A stretch of DNA of 63,284 bases, counting the filler, from Stramenopiles sp. TOSAG23-3 (lineage: Eukaryota): the NCBI GenBank assembly GCA_900128585.1. It is 8 parts of 8 records of this genome, joined end to end, with 100 filler letters (N's around TTAATTAATTAA, not from the genome) between each part and the next. Parts side by side here need not be neighbours in the genome. Positions count along the whole stretch, not along the records: positions 8,851 to 17,598 come from LT642988.1; positions 17,699 to 26,429 come from LT642989.1; 6 more parts are not named here. The stretch is one strand, 5' to 3'. Below the pieces are notes generated by a model. The model saw nothing but the letters and a program-made list of their open reading frames with translations, was not told the origin of the DNA and ran no database searches. Numbering within the stretch: position 1 is the stretch's first letter; each line of letters begins with the position of its first letter. The translations under genes and the position numbers were made by a program. Below are positions 8,851-21,983 of this stretch, piece by piece.

Positions 8851-11800
8851 CAGGAATGCACTGTCTTTGATGGATGCCTTTGAAAAAGCAATTTTCCAAA
8901 GCAGTCCTGGAAGTGGAGTAAACCTAAACAGATGTTTTGAGTATGGATATGATGGTCTCTTGGCTGCGCATATTTCGGAAGAAGATCGGGAGTTTTTGCA
9001 TTACAGTGCTCAATGTTTTTACAGCAATTATTTCAATTTCAAGCGTTACCGGCCAATGCAGATTCACCACTTAATATTTCATCGACTGTTGGAAACAACT
9101 AATCTTCACAATTCGACATCGAACAGGTATGTCTCAAAGCGGACTTCTAGTGTGAATAGTGTTAACAATTATCTCGTTAGTGGCAAAGGCATAAGTGTAA
9201 ATACGTACCAAAATTGTTATGGGGACAGAGTGGTTTGTCATGGTGAGTACGATGCCGAAAGCATTCGCACAAAATGCAAAACTCGTCAACACACGAACGT
9301 GCCGAAACCGTCGTTGCTAATGACCATAAATGATGTTAACTTTTCGCGTGCAGTATCATTTTCTGATATGCAGTGCCGTTCCCAAACAATGGTGTCAAAT
9401 TTTTTTGATGCTCGTTCTTTTTATGGGACTTTACACGGAAAAAACAACGTTTTAATGGCATTGACATTGATGAACATCCGTGCCCGCGTTTCCCATGAAA
9501 ACCCTAAAGGTGGCCTTAATAAACCTAAAAAATCGCATGGTTTGAAACCGACGGAGCCCAGTATAGATAGCAAATCTCTTGCAAATGGAACGATAGATTC
9601 CCTTAATGCCGTAGTTGCAAATGACACCAGCTCTCCAGCAATTTTGTTTGGAATTACAAAAGAGTTTGTGGATGCCTTTGAATCCTTATACGCAATATCA
9701 AACTTGGTTTTTCTGAGAAAACAAGCAAGGGTGTTGTGCTTAGGAAATTACATTTTAGATCGTGCTGAAGTTTTTGAATCCAACCAAGAAAAAATATACC
9801 ACAGGGTTTCAGAAGAAATTTTGAAGAACGCAAAATCGTATAATGCCAGAGAGTTTGATAATGCACGGAACAGAAAAAAGAAAGGATATTCCAACAATGC
9901 TGCAGCGGCTCTGCAAAGGGCCCATTTACTGAGGGATATTTTAAGGCAGTACCGTCTACCCGATAAGGATGGAGTAAGAAATGGATCTCCTTATGACATA
10001 GGTAAAGGTTCACCTGTGTTAACTCCCGATCAGTTGGCGAAAATAATAGTAATGGCTAACAACAGCAAATCTAAGGATCGTATCGTGAATGTAATCCAAA
10101 CGCTATTAAGTCACGGGCAAGTCATCAATAAAATCTTGAATACACGGTTGGTGAAATTGTGCACGTCAACTTACAACGGGAAACAATCGACTGGAGAAAG
10201 TAAAAACATAATGGGGGAAGCGTTCCGCTTTTTTATTTGCAATGGTTTAAACAATGGATTTGTACGACGTTTGCACGAAAATGGGCAAGGCCATGTTAAG
10301 TCAACGTTTCATGCATTTAAACATGCACTTAAGGATGCATCATCAGGACTGCTCAGTAATTTTGTAGTTAGGAACGGGTCTCATGTAGAAAAGTTCTTCT
10401 CTAGTGACGCTAGGCTTGGGGCCACGCAGGGCTCGTGGAGTACTTCTGCGTGGCAGGCAATTTCAGGCATTTGTTGTAAGAATTCTTTTTCGACCATATT
10501 TCGCAGTCACCAGGACATTGTTAATGACAAAACCTCATCCAAGGCCGAGCGGTGTTGTCGCGAACGGAAACAGTTCCACAGCAGCCTCAACATTCAAAAC
10601 GCTGACATTAAAGTTGTTGCCAATCGGAAAATTTATGGGCGGCACGAAGTAGACATTCTTTTCCATCTTCGTTCTGAAAGCACCAAAATAAATACGTTGG
10701 TGTACACTAAAACGGAAATAACACAGCCCTCTCGTAAATCAACAGAACGCCACCATGTAGGACAACGGAAAAGAAGCCAAAAACTGCGGTTTAAGACTCC
10801 CGCAGACGAGGTGGAAGACGAAGTTACCAATAAGTCAAAAGCACAGTTCCGAACAGAAAATCGTGACGGAAAACGCAATGTGATGAACATTCTTCATAAA
10901 AATGTATATTCGTGCACAACAAATGTGAACAAAACTATAGTGAAAGTTATGGTCACTTGCGCTCCCATGTTTAAAGCATTTCTAGATGGTGTCGATGTTG
11001 TTTGTGAGGCATCACACGGCGAAAGAAGCGAAGAACCAAATAGTCACTCTCTCGGCGCTGGAATTGACAAAAACGCCAGCAAATATTTAAAAGTAACAGA
11101 AGGAGAAATGGACTCCGAAAATGAGTCTTCGTTTTCGTCTAGCAGCACCGATATTTCAAATATAAGCGAGGGCGACTCTGATTCCGTTAATGAAACTTAT
11201 TTTGACGACATGGGCCATATGGAAACAGCACGTAATATTGATCAAATGATTGGGGCACAGAATCCGCGACAGGGAGGATCGATAACTAAACGGCACACAT
11301 CCCACGTTCGGAGTGCGACAGCATCTTTAGCGGTTGGCGGGACTGGGAACGGTAATGTACGAGCAACTGAGGAACACACAATGCCGACTCGAAGTCAGCT
11401 GGACTCGATTCGAAAAGAATACCACAACAAGAAAAAAGAAAGGGGGGGCTATCAGAAGTCTATTAGCTTCTCGCATTGAAGAGCATGTTGAAACCCATTT
11501 TTGTGCCCAGACTTGTTTTTCTACGTTGGAAATGGAAGCTACAGGTGCAAACACAATGGACCCCTTTCATTTAGCTTTTCGCGATTTATCATTAATAAAT
11601 GGTGGTGCAGCGCCAACTGGGGAAACGCTTAATTTCGGTAGTAATGTGGGCGACGAAAGTACAACAATACGCGCTTTTCATAGTATTAAGACGAAACAAA
11701 TGAAGTTTTTTCTTCTTCATCGTGGTATGGACGAGCGAAATACTATCGTCATTACCAAACCAACGATTGTAATGGACGATATTCTGTTGCATCTATCCAC

Positions 11801-14800
11801 GAATGGGACGGAAGCGTCAAACCCAAGAAACGATATTCACCAATCGAACCAGCATCACGTTGCGCAAGCAGGACAAAAATCGGGCGCTCTTGTCACAGTA
11901 GGTGTCATTTCAGCTGATTTTCCGTTAGACAAGTTTAACCACAAACGCCTAGAAACTACTTTGCAGGAATGGATTAGCGCACTAGCGTTTGTGCGCCGGA
12001 AAAACGATACCCATAAGGCATTTTCATCTAATAACCCTGCTAATGTAAAACAGAGTAAAACAGGGAAAATTGGTAGCGGCACGCTTCCAAAAAATAGTAC
12101 TATTGGACTTAGCTTTGCAGTTACTGACCGACTTGTGTTTAGTGCGTCTCCTATATCTAGTGTATACGTACAGTATATGTTAGGCCCAACGAATATTCAT
12201 GGACATATACCGTTGGAGGCGCTGACAGATGTGTCCAGTGAAGGTAGCGTGCGGCTCATGCTTGGCCACAGCCATTTGTGTGTTTTAACGGGGCTGAGTG
12301 CAAGTCAATTTCGCGCGTCAAGACTGGCCAAAGGCGTTCGCCACTTGGTGGTAAAGCAGGATAGTCTGAATACACAGACAAATGATGGGGAAGATGTAAA
12401 CATTAAAAAATCAAATACCCCAACTCAAGATCACGGAGTTCCCCAATCTGCGAAATTCCTACCCCGAAGCAAGTATCAATGGAGCACCACATTTCCAACG
12501 AGAAGGACTGAAGCTGTTTATCAGACATTTCCGTCCTTGCATGTACATGCCCAACTCTGTAGTGGTTCTCCAATTAATTCTTCTATATCACCGGGTGACA
12601 TCCCTTCAAAACGCAGTATAAACGTGCAATTAGTTGTGCCTAAAGTGAAACATCGGTTTACACCAGAAATTTTAGAGAGCTTCTTAGTGTTACAGCAACA
12701 GATGGGGGAAGAGCTGACAATGTTATTGGGCGCGCTAGAAAAGTTCATTGAAGAATCTAACGCACCCCCTAGCGCCACCAAGGGCAATGTTTACAAGGAC
12801 ACGTCTGAGCTTCAAATGCCAATTTTTGAATATACATGGCTGTTTCAATTTGAGGGAATGGAAATTGTTGCAGGTCTCGACATTGCAGATGATATACCAT
12901 CACTAAGTCTGTCTCTAAATACTGGCGATTTTAGCTTGACCAAACGGGATTCCGAAGGTGTGGGGAAAGTTGAGTTCACGGATCTTACTGTCCAATTTTC
13001 AAGTGGCCAGGGGCACATTACAGACGAAGAAGTTTTAGGTTTGATGCAAACAAATATATTTGTAGAGACCCGTTATAAATCAGGGAATATTGTGGCATCA
13101 AAATCACAGTCAGTAAGCAATGTCGTTATCAATCAAACAGGGTTTGTTTTGCGAGCTGGTTTTTTTTTGAGATTACAATACATGATATCACAGTACAGGT
13201 ACCATATTAATCGTTACTCAGAGCGCTCTCAGTTCTTGCAACCCATGGTGCAAGCAGTGCTGAATGCAAGCAGCAGTAATATAATGAGGAGTGTTGGCTT
13301 ACAACCTGGAAAAAATATTTCGAGCGACAACACAGTTGGGGAAAATAGCGAGTTTGGGAATTCAGACTTTGCGTATACGGGTGAACTAAATTCAGGTCAA
13401 AGTAGACAGGAAGATCAACCAGGAATCAAACAAGTTGTGAAAATTGATATAAAGGAAACAAGCGTAGTTTTTTGCAATCGTCTTCGACGAGTTACAAATG
13501 ACAATGACGATAAAGAAAGTGGGTTGGTGATAACGTTAGGAAATATTTGCCTTGAGGGTCATGAGGAAAAAATCAGGAAGGCGCAGTCTCCGCATTTAAG
13601 TTCAAATTGGTACGGGCAATGTGCAATAACTAAATTGCAAACTTCTTTTGTACTAAAAGTGGAGGGAAAACTGTCTTCAGGAAGACATCATTCTGCAGCC
13701 GGGACAGTTGTACTAGAACCGAACGACGAAGGAGCAGTCGGGTCCAGCACTGGTTTAGCGCCACTTATCTCGGCTTGGTTTGATGCAAAGAATCATAATA
13801 AAAGTGTGACGTGGCAAATTCCAGGAGTGCAATCACTTGTTCTGTGGGATAGTCATCGAAAAGAAGGCAAGATTCGTGTGACAATTGAGCGCATCCACAT
13901 GCAGCTTAATGCGTCTATAATTCGCCTATTGTTAAGCACCCATACAACTTGGTCAGCCTCAGAGTCCCAAAAAATTAAATGGCGGCAAGTGCAGCCAAGT
14001 CATAATTCTGCAGCGCCTGGACAAAGGAAAAACTTTCTTTATCGAAATGGTGTTGAAGAAGATGCATTTAGCAATGCATCTTCAAAGGGGGACAGTTTCA
14101 GCGACCATAGTATGAGCGAGGATGAGCAAGAAACGGGTGATGACAATTTTACTTGCCCTGTAATTGCTTCATTTGAATATGTATTAATCAGTGCTCCTGG
14201 GCAGTGCCTTGTATATGATCACAATGGATCTAAACAGTTGTTTGGTTTGGCGTTTCCCAAAATACATAGTGGAGGGCTAATTAATGTAAACAAAAGACAC
14301 CAGTTAGACATAATGTCACAGTCCAACTTTATTTGCACAAAATTTCAAATCACCCCTGAATTAATGGTGTTTTTATCGGAATTAGTAAACGAAATTCGTG
14401 AAATAAGGACCGATATTGTAGCAATTAAGCAGAAATATGTTCGCCACAAAATATTGAAACAGCAGAATAAGGGGGGAAGCGGGGGCACATACCGTAGACC
14501 AGCCAATGGGAAAATACGCCGCAAACATAAATCAAGCCGCAAGAAATCAAGGAAAGGCAAAACCGTAAATAACCGAAATCGGGGCAAAACAAACGACCCA
14601 TTTGAAGGAGACAATATTGACGATAGCGGGCCAGGGGACATGGATTACATGAGCCAGGACAGCTCTATAGACGCCGATAGTGTCAGTGATTGGGAAAATG
14701 ACTCTGACGACTTTTCAGAAACTGACAGTGAAGACGAGGATTCATTTTCTGTTTCAGGCGCGTTTGAGTCTTCATTTTTATCAGTGATTAAATCAGTTGT

Positions 14801-17351
14801 ACTTTTTCGAGTGACATCTTTACAGTTTGTGGTAGGTTGTTTGCCTGTAACGGAAGAAAGTATCATGATATCTTTCAATAAGCCGATAGACATCGTGTTG
14901 TCAACCGATTCTGTGGATCCGAGAGAGTACCAGGTTAAAGATCGCCAACTTAATCTAATGTCAATGACTGTAACAATCCCTATAGTTCGCGCAACTCTGC
15001 AAGAAGCTTACCAAGCTTCAAATATTGAGTTAACAGTGTCCGACATAAAGGCACAACTGAATATGCTATTTGGTTTACGTGTTGATGCACCAGTTGAACT
15101 AGCCTACATTGATGTTGGCAGCATGGATGCGTTTTTTAGCATGACATCGTTGGAGCGTATACACACGTTTATAGCGGCATGGGCTAGTATATTAAACAAT
15201 GCAAAAGTAGTGATGGCGGAAGAAGCTGTGCATTTTTGGGGCGAAGATGGTAAAACTTCCCGCAGTGCGCAAGTACCCGATGGCCCAAAATCCAACGATG
15301 GATATACCGAAACGGATGGCGCCCAAATGGTTTTGTCCACAGCTACAAGAATTTTGTGCGGGGCAGTGACGAAAATTAAGTTGAAAATACGGAAAGTGCC
15401 CTTGCACACATTAGAACATACAGAAATTGAAGCAGTCATGCGAGATGTTGAGTATAGAGCAATGGAACCTGGAATTGTGTATGGAAAACGCGCGATGGTT
15501 TCTTCCTTTTTTGGAAGCATCTCTGATACGAAAGTAAGTATTTTCCCAGCTCGTGGACGACACAGCAGTGGGGCTTTAGATGGTGTCTTTGTTTGCGAAC
15601 GAGTGTGCACTATGGTGCTGCAAGATTATTCTCAGAACACTTTCATCAGTGCGTACGATCCGGACACCTGGGCTTCATGGCAAGGGAAATGGATGCACAA
15701 AAAGAAAGCCGTTAATACTTTCGGTTTACTTGTTGGCCCTTCAAGTGGTCGCCTAATGTTAACCGAGCGCAGCGGTGCACCGACAACCCTGCTGACGTTA
15801 GACCCAATGCTATGGACATTTATCCTGACGGAAAGGTTAGAGAAAACGGAAAAAAAGAAATTTAATGTGTGTAGTTTGGATGGGCAAATTGTTTCTGATC
15901 ACGTACTAAAAATGCGGATTAGTCATCAGACAGCCCCTTTTCTGATAAAATGGTTTGCAGAAGTTATGCGCGTTATTGCAGCAAGCAAAGCTCAGGCCAT
16001 ACGCTCTTTAACTGACCAGGGGTATGTATACTCTTCCACCATGTTCACCAAGCAGAGGAAGGATATGGGTTTTTGGGGGAATGACGACATGTCGAGGTTT
16101 GAACCTAACACGTATAGTGGGAAAGGGGAAACTCTTGCGTCTTCGTCGGATAATGATTTATTGGATTATCAAGCACACGGTGTGATCACTCTTTATATCT
16201 CTCAAATGAATTTCATATTTCCTGCCGAACGGAGTTACGGGGCATCTCGCGGTTCTATGTCCCCTTACGTCGGATTCTATGCGAAACAGGTATTTCATAG
16301 GTTTGTCCAGCAGCTGGATGACCAGGGCGATGATGTTTCTAGGAGTCTTAGCATGAACATTGGCATTGCAGCAGTCGTTATTGGTAAGATCAAGGATAAG
16401 GATGGCTCAATTTCTGGGCGAGATGAAAAAGATCTAGTAGTTTTTCCGACATCCCATTTTACTTTTCAGACAAAACATCGTGTAACGCGCAGCGTGGGCC
16501 GTGAATACCAACGCTCCAGCAAGCGTAATCGCCAGGAAAAGCTCATCGTTTATTATACTCTGCGCTCAGCATTTACAGATGCGCACACCGGTACAGCAAA
16601 TTCGACTAGGTCTTCAGCAATGGCTGAATCAATGGGCATGCCATCAAATGGAAAGCTAGACAATTCGCCTTTCAGCGACAACAAACGTTTAGGGCGCTGG
16701 GACGGGGTTTCAAATGATGAGACAGGGTCAACAGGGGATAATAAGACAGGGAGTAAGAAGCCTGGCGCAATCAAAGTTAGTAATGAGTTCGACGACTACC
16801 ACATTTTAACCCAAGTGCAGCAAAGCTATGTAAAATGGTACAGTAAAGCAAACATAGAAACAGGGCGATCGGCTAGTAGTGACAAAAAACTTCTTCTGGG
16901 AAGGAAAGATGCATACGAGCGGCGTCGAAATATTAAGCGCATACTTCATTTAGATTCCGATGGTCGAAAATTTCATAACGTGGTTCATGCATTTCAATTT
17001 GCGCCCAAGCTCAAGATACATGGCCTTGATGAATATGAAATCAAACTAAGCACTTACTTGTCAAAGTTCACATCGGTGGAACGAAACAAGGATACGGGGG
17101 AAATTGAATCACTAAGTAGAGTCATGGATACTTATTTTATCGGTTTCTTTAAACGTTTCATTGTTGGTGCAATTGCTGCCAGTCACACCTTAGATGTAAC
17201 CGAAGCTAAGCTGAATAATGCACTTTCAAAGAAAAGGCGTTCCATTGTTCATCGTGACAGGAAAGCAAAAGTCCAAAATGATGATTTTGAAGGCGACGGT
17301 AAGCCCAACAGAAGAACGAGAAGAAGACAACGGAAACATAAAGGAGAATAG
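8851..17351 (+). CDS. Giant bridge-like lipid transfer protein (BLTP1/KIAA1109/Csf1-like), 5'-partial, split by a 1-bp frameshift at the G7 run 11442-11448
   Basis: ORFs 8867-11479 and 11334-17351 join if one G is removed (E-R-G-A-I-R-S). Long beta-rich segments. The C-terminal YYTLRSAFTD...IKVSNEFDDYHIL...FAPKLK resembles the BLTP1/Csf1 C-terminus. Confidence 0.6.
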
Positions 17352-17450
17352 CCAATGGAAGTAGCATGGATGGACGAGGAAGATTTAAACTGAGTAATTC
17401 TGCATAGCGGAAAATAATGATTTAAAACGCGAAGAAAAAACATAAATTTA

Positions 17451-17598
17451 AAAACAAGAAAATTGGCTGTTATTTAAGTAATTAAAATTAATGTACTGCG
17501 AACTGAAATCTAGATTTATACATTCTAGGTTTGCATTCCTTCATGAACTGCGAACTTAACTATCATTCTCAGATGTACTCCATTGATGATCTGAATCA
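17451..17598 (+). repeat. Copy of the dispersed 3'-associated repeat family
   Basis: AAAATTGGCTGTTATTTAAGTAATTAAAATT, CTGCGAACT twice, and AACTATCATTCTC shared with 48361-48373. The contig ends inside the repeat. Confidence 0.75.
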
Positions 17599-18350
17599 NN
17601 NNNNNNNNNNNNNNNNNNNNNNNNNNNNNNNNNNNNNNNNNNTTAATTAATTAANNNNNNNNNNNNNNNNNNNNNNNNNNNNNNNNNNNNNNNNNNNNGC
17701 ACCTGACTTTTCGGCAGGGAGAGCCACTCGACCAGTACACTGTTGAACCCTTTCACCTGCTCCTTTAAATATGCTTTTACCCAATCTCGCTTTTTAACTT
17801 TATGCTATCCCATCACCATAAATATTTTGTTTATTGTATTTTATGCTCACTCCAAAAAAAGATACTGCATTCAATATATTATTATTCCACAACTTGTTGT
17901 AAGTAATAAGGACCCGTTACCTAGGTACCTGATGGTATTATACCGTAGTAGTAGTACGGAAGAAGTTGTTCAACAAAATTCCCAAGTTGGTGGTTGTTGT
18001 ATTGTATTATTATGTATAGTAATAGTTCATTTTTTTATTTATTATTTTTTTTATTATTTTATATAATAAAATTTTCTATTAATATTCCATTCTCTCCTTG
18101 TATTATCATATTGTTGTTGTTGTATTTAATATTTTTATTTATTATCTTCTTCACAACTTATACTAAAACAAGATAAATAATGATGCCATTATATAATATT
18201 ATTATTCTAAAAAACTAATGATATCTAATATACGCGCCTGTTATATTTAGATTATGAATACTTCCTTGCTTTATTTATTACAAGGAACAAATCAATACAC
18301 CGCACCCTGACTAAAAGTACGCCACCAGTGTGGCTTTTACTCCTTAACTC

Positions 18351-20525
18351 TCATGCCTCAGCGTCATTTTCGCCTTCTGCAGCCTTTGCCGCCGCGCCCT
18401 GTTCAACAGACCAGTTCACAATTTTGTCCCGGTACTCCTCAAAGTTTTGTGGGGTCAATTTGATAAGCTGCCGCCGGTTCAACGTTTGTTTCGTGAAAGG
18501 GCATGTGTTCTTTGTCTTCACGACGCCGCGCTCTAGGTCTTCGTCGTCATCCAATTGAAAATTTAACAACGTTCGCATCCAAGAGTCGTAAGACATTACA
18601 TGGCCAAACGGACTGATCGCAGGATCGTAGACTCGATCTTGCGTCATCGGGTCTCGAAACCCGGGCAACAATTCTGGGCGGCCATTTGCCTTCACTTTCG
18701 GGCGCGGCCTTTCCTTTTTTTTCCTTGGCTTCTTCTCCCTCGGGGCTCGGGGCGCTCGGGGGGCTTTCGGTTTCTTCGGCCGAGGTGCGCGAGGCTTCGG
18801 CGCGACATCGCTGTATTCCCCGCTGATGTTGGACGGCCGCGTCGTCTTGTGGTTCTTTGGACGGGTGAATTTTAGTTTCTTTTCTGGCTTTCCTGTTTTC
18901 GCATTGACCGTTTCTATTAACTGATAGTTCGGGTCGGTAATCGCCCCTTTCTCGATTAGCAAACGGTAATAGTTGGAGCACTGGTACCCGACTCGGCCAG
19001 GGACGTTCATGGACAAAATTCCCCAACGGTAATCGACCCCGTCTTTAATCAACTCAATAAATCTATCGTGCTCCTCTTTGCTCCAGTTCCCGGTGCTTTG
19101 CGCTTCGCCCAAATCGTTGAATCGGTAATAGTAGGCATTTGGGTTATTTTTCCGGTTTAAAAACGCTTTGACGCGGGCTTCGGACCAGCCCATCTCAAGA
19201 AGCTTCTTCCCGTCGTCTGTTCCCAGGCAGTTGTTCATGTTGGAACCTCTGTACTGGATCTTCTTCTTTACTTGCATGGCTCCTTCCGCTTTTGCGACAA
19301 TAGCCAAGGGGGAGTCGGTCGCCAACTCTACGGGTGCACTTTTCTTCTTCGACTTCCGCTTTTCTGCCCGTTTGATGGCCGCCTTCGCCTCTCTCAACGT
19401 CAGGTCCTCTTCGTCGCCATCTTCCATCCGAAACCGGAAAAACGGTTCATCGTCGTCCTCGTCATCCTCGTCAGGCGGCTGCCATGCGTAAATTATCCCT
19501 TCATAACAGTCCTTATCAAAGTTACGAAGCCCTATTTTGCCAAGCAAGCCATGGCCGTCGCAGAGGTACCCTTTCGGCACTCGGGCCCCTTTCAAATTGG
19601 GCTGCAGGTCGACGAAACGTTTGGGCACGGCCGAACGCGCCTTTTTGGGGGTCGGGCTTTTGGCCTTCGATTTCCCCGGGGTTTCTTTTCTCTTTTTGCT
19701 AGCGCTTGAAGAAGGGGTGACCGCCTTGCTCGCGCTCGCTGCCTTTGGGGTGCTATCCTTCTTACGGCTGCTGGGGGAGGCCCCCGCTTTTTTTGTGGCC
19801 TTCTGCGGGGTTTGGGACTTTTTGCTCGCGCTTGCCGTGGGTGCAGGAGCCGATGCTGCAGATGTCGATGGGCCCGAGCTGGACGACGACCCTAGGGAAA
19901 CGCCATCGGGGACTTCGTCTTGGCTCAGTCCAACACCAGCCGCCATTGCCATCTCCAGGGCATTCCGCATCTGTTCCCGCATGCCAGCTTTCGCCTTATA
20001 CTTTTGCGTATATTTCTTCTTTGCCTGCTCCACGGGCGTGCCGTCCTCGTTGAGCTTCACGGGGGTCTTCTTGCGAACGGAGCGCCGCTTCGGGCGATGC
20101 CGTGCCGCAACGGTCTCTTTTACTACTTCCAGGAATGCTGGCTGGGTTCTTAGCTGTTCCTGTGCTTCTAAATCGTTTTCGTTGCAAAGTTCAAGTGCCA
20201 AGATCGCTTCCTCGTCGGTCAGGCCCGGTACTATGTCTTTCAAGTCCTGGAGCTTGCTAAGTTCTTGCTTTTCAACGTGCGATTTAAATTTCTCCTGCAT
20301 CGCTTTGATCCTTTCCTGCATCATGCGCTGCTGCTCTTCCGTCAGCTCATCGTCCGAGTCCGATTCAGAACCGCTACCAGACGACCCCGAATCTGATCCA
20401 GAACTGCTCGAACCTTCCGCATCATCTGGGCGTTTCCCAACAGAATTCGCATCAGCGAGGGGGGCACCACCACCTCTACTCCCACTACTACTACTACTAC
20501 CACTACTAGGGGCCAACGAGGTCAT
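18351..20525 (-). CDS. Myb-like DNA-binding protein with UBA/CUE-like, Tudor-like and C-terminal U-box-like domains
   Basis: Myb GNWSKEEHDRF...WGILSMNVPGRVGYQCSNYYR. U-box-like DPMTQDRVYDPAISPFGHV...CPFTKQTL. Tudor-like YEGII...FRMEDGDEEDL. Confidence 0.75.
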   Translation of the reverse strand: MTSLAPSSGSSSSSGSRGGGAPLADANSVGKRPDDAEGSSSSGSDSGSSGSGSESDSDDELTEEQQRMMQERIKAMQEKFKSHVEKQELSKLQDLKDIVPGLTDEEAILALELCNENDLEAQEQLRTQPAFLEVVKETVAARHRPKRRSVRKKTPVKLNEDGTPVEQAKKKYTQKYKAKAGMREQMRNALEMAMAAGVGLSQDEVPDGVSLGSSSSSGPSTSAASAPAPTASASKKSQTPQKATKKAGASPSSRKKDSTPKAASASKAVTPSSSASKKRKETPGKSKAKSPTPKKARSAVPKRFVDLQPNLKGARVPKGYLCDGHGLLGKIGLRNFDKDCYEGIIYAWQPPDEDDEDDDEPFFRFRMEDGDEEDLTLREAKAAIKRAEKRKSKKKSAPVELATDSPLAIVAKAEGAMQVKKKIQYRGSNMNNCLGTDDGKKLLEMGWSEARVKAFLNRKNNPNAYYYRFNDLGEAQSTGNWSKEEHDRFIELIKDGVDYRWGILSMNVPGRVGYQCSNYYRLLIEKGAITDPNYQLIETVNAKTGKPEKKLKFTRPKNHKTTRPSNISGEYSDVAPKPRAPRPKKPKAPRAPRAPREKKPRKKKERPRPKVKANGRPELLPGFRDPMTQDRVYDPAISPFGHVMSYDSWMRTLLNFQLDDDEDLERGVVKTKNTCPFTKQTLNRRQLIKLTPQNFEEYRDKIVNWSVEQGAAAKAAEGENDAEA

Positions 20526-21983
20526 ATATATAAAGTAGAATTCTGTTCCGAATTTCCCTCTTCCCTTTTATTTATAAATTACAAATGTTTTACACAATCC
20601 TAATTCTTTAATTCTTTAATTCTTTAATTGATTAACCATGAAATTCATCCTTTTTTACTTTCTTTCTATCATTCTTTCTCTCTCTTCTATTTCAATTCTC
20701 TTCTTCCTAAATAAAATTTTCTTCTTACTTATTGTACGAGGAGTAGGAGTAGTAGTAGAGCTTAATAATAATAGTATAGCAGCAGTAGTATTTTTTACAA
20801 TAATTAATAATAAAAAATAATATATAATAAAAATTGTTTTTGATTGTTGCATGATGTGGTGGTGTGATGATGAATGATGAATGATGTACCTTTTGGGAAT
20901 AATTAATTGTTATTTCTTCTTCTCTCTCCTCTTCTTCTTCTTCTTCTTTTTTTCTTTTTTTATTATTTCCAGAGTGTTATAAATAAGGGTATTTTATTAT
21001 ATTAGAAAAAAAAGGCGCGAAACAATTCAACAATAAGGACATAGCATTACAACAATTGTTTTGGGGGGAAGAAAGAATAATAGAAGTACAAACACGCGCT
21101 GTTGTTAAGGCTTTTATGTTGATAAAGTATAAGGTATAATCATACTATAAATATTATTATACCTATTTATGATATTTCAGATTATCATTAATATGGTATA
21201 ATTGTTTATTTATTTCCTATATGATACTACCAATACTGATGAAAGAAAGAAAATGAATCAATAAAAAAAAGGGAACGCTACCTTTGTTGTTACTAATTGA
21301 TAATGTTAACAATATAAACACAGTATACATGGAATGTAGGAAATTCTTACTTCATCTTTCTTCATCTTAAATAGTATACGTACGTATAGTCATAGTCGTC
21401 TTCTGCTTAGAAGTTCTTCTTCGGAAAAAAAAAAAGAAGAAGGAATAATGAAGCTTTTGGCTTTTGATGAACCTTTGTTTTTTTATTAACTATATGCTAT
21501 GTAATGTATTTTAAATAGATAAGCCTCATACTACACTACGAAAATCTTGTGCTATTTCTATGTTGTTCCAACTATATTGTACAGCGCCAGTATAAATCTA
21601 GTAATCAATTCAATGATGATTATTACGATCCTATATTATTTAATAAAAAGTAGTAATGCTGTATATATATATAGTTATTATTATTTTATTATTTTTTTCA
21701 TTCACCACAGAACAAAAAAAAAACTACTAAATAAAAAACAACTCAACAAACTCTGTAACTAAAAAGTATTTTTCAAATAAAATAATACAGGAACAGAATA
21801 AATTTCGACCCAAAGACACCAGCGAAGACATCGACTCAATATTTTTTAAAAGATCACCATTGAACATTGACTACCGTTCGCTTTCATTACGAATCTGTCT
21901 CTGGCCGTCTGTACAAACATAGGTTTTGATTGATCATCCCCTTTTGCCAGGAAGGACGCATCAACCAAATAGATCAAGGAACC

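Noticed and set aside
11430-11450. Programmed -1 ribosomal frameshift
   Set aside because: The required shift is +1, at a G homopolymer, and no stimulatory structure was identified. An assembly error is more parsimonious.
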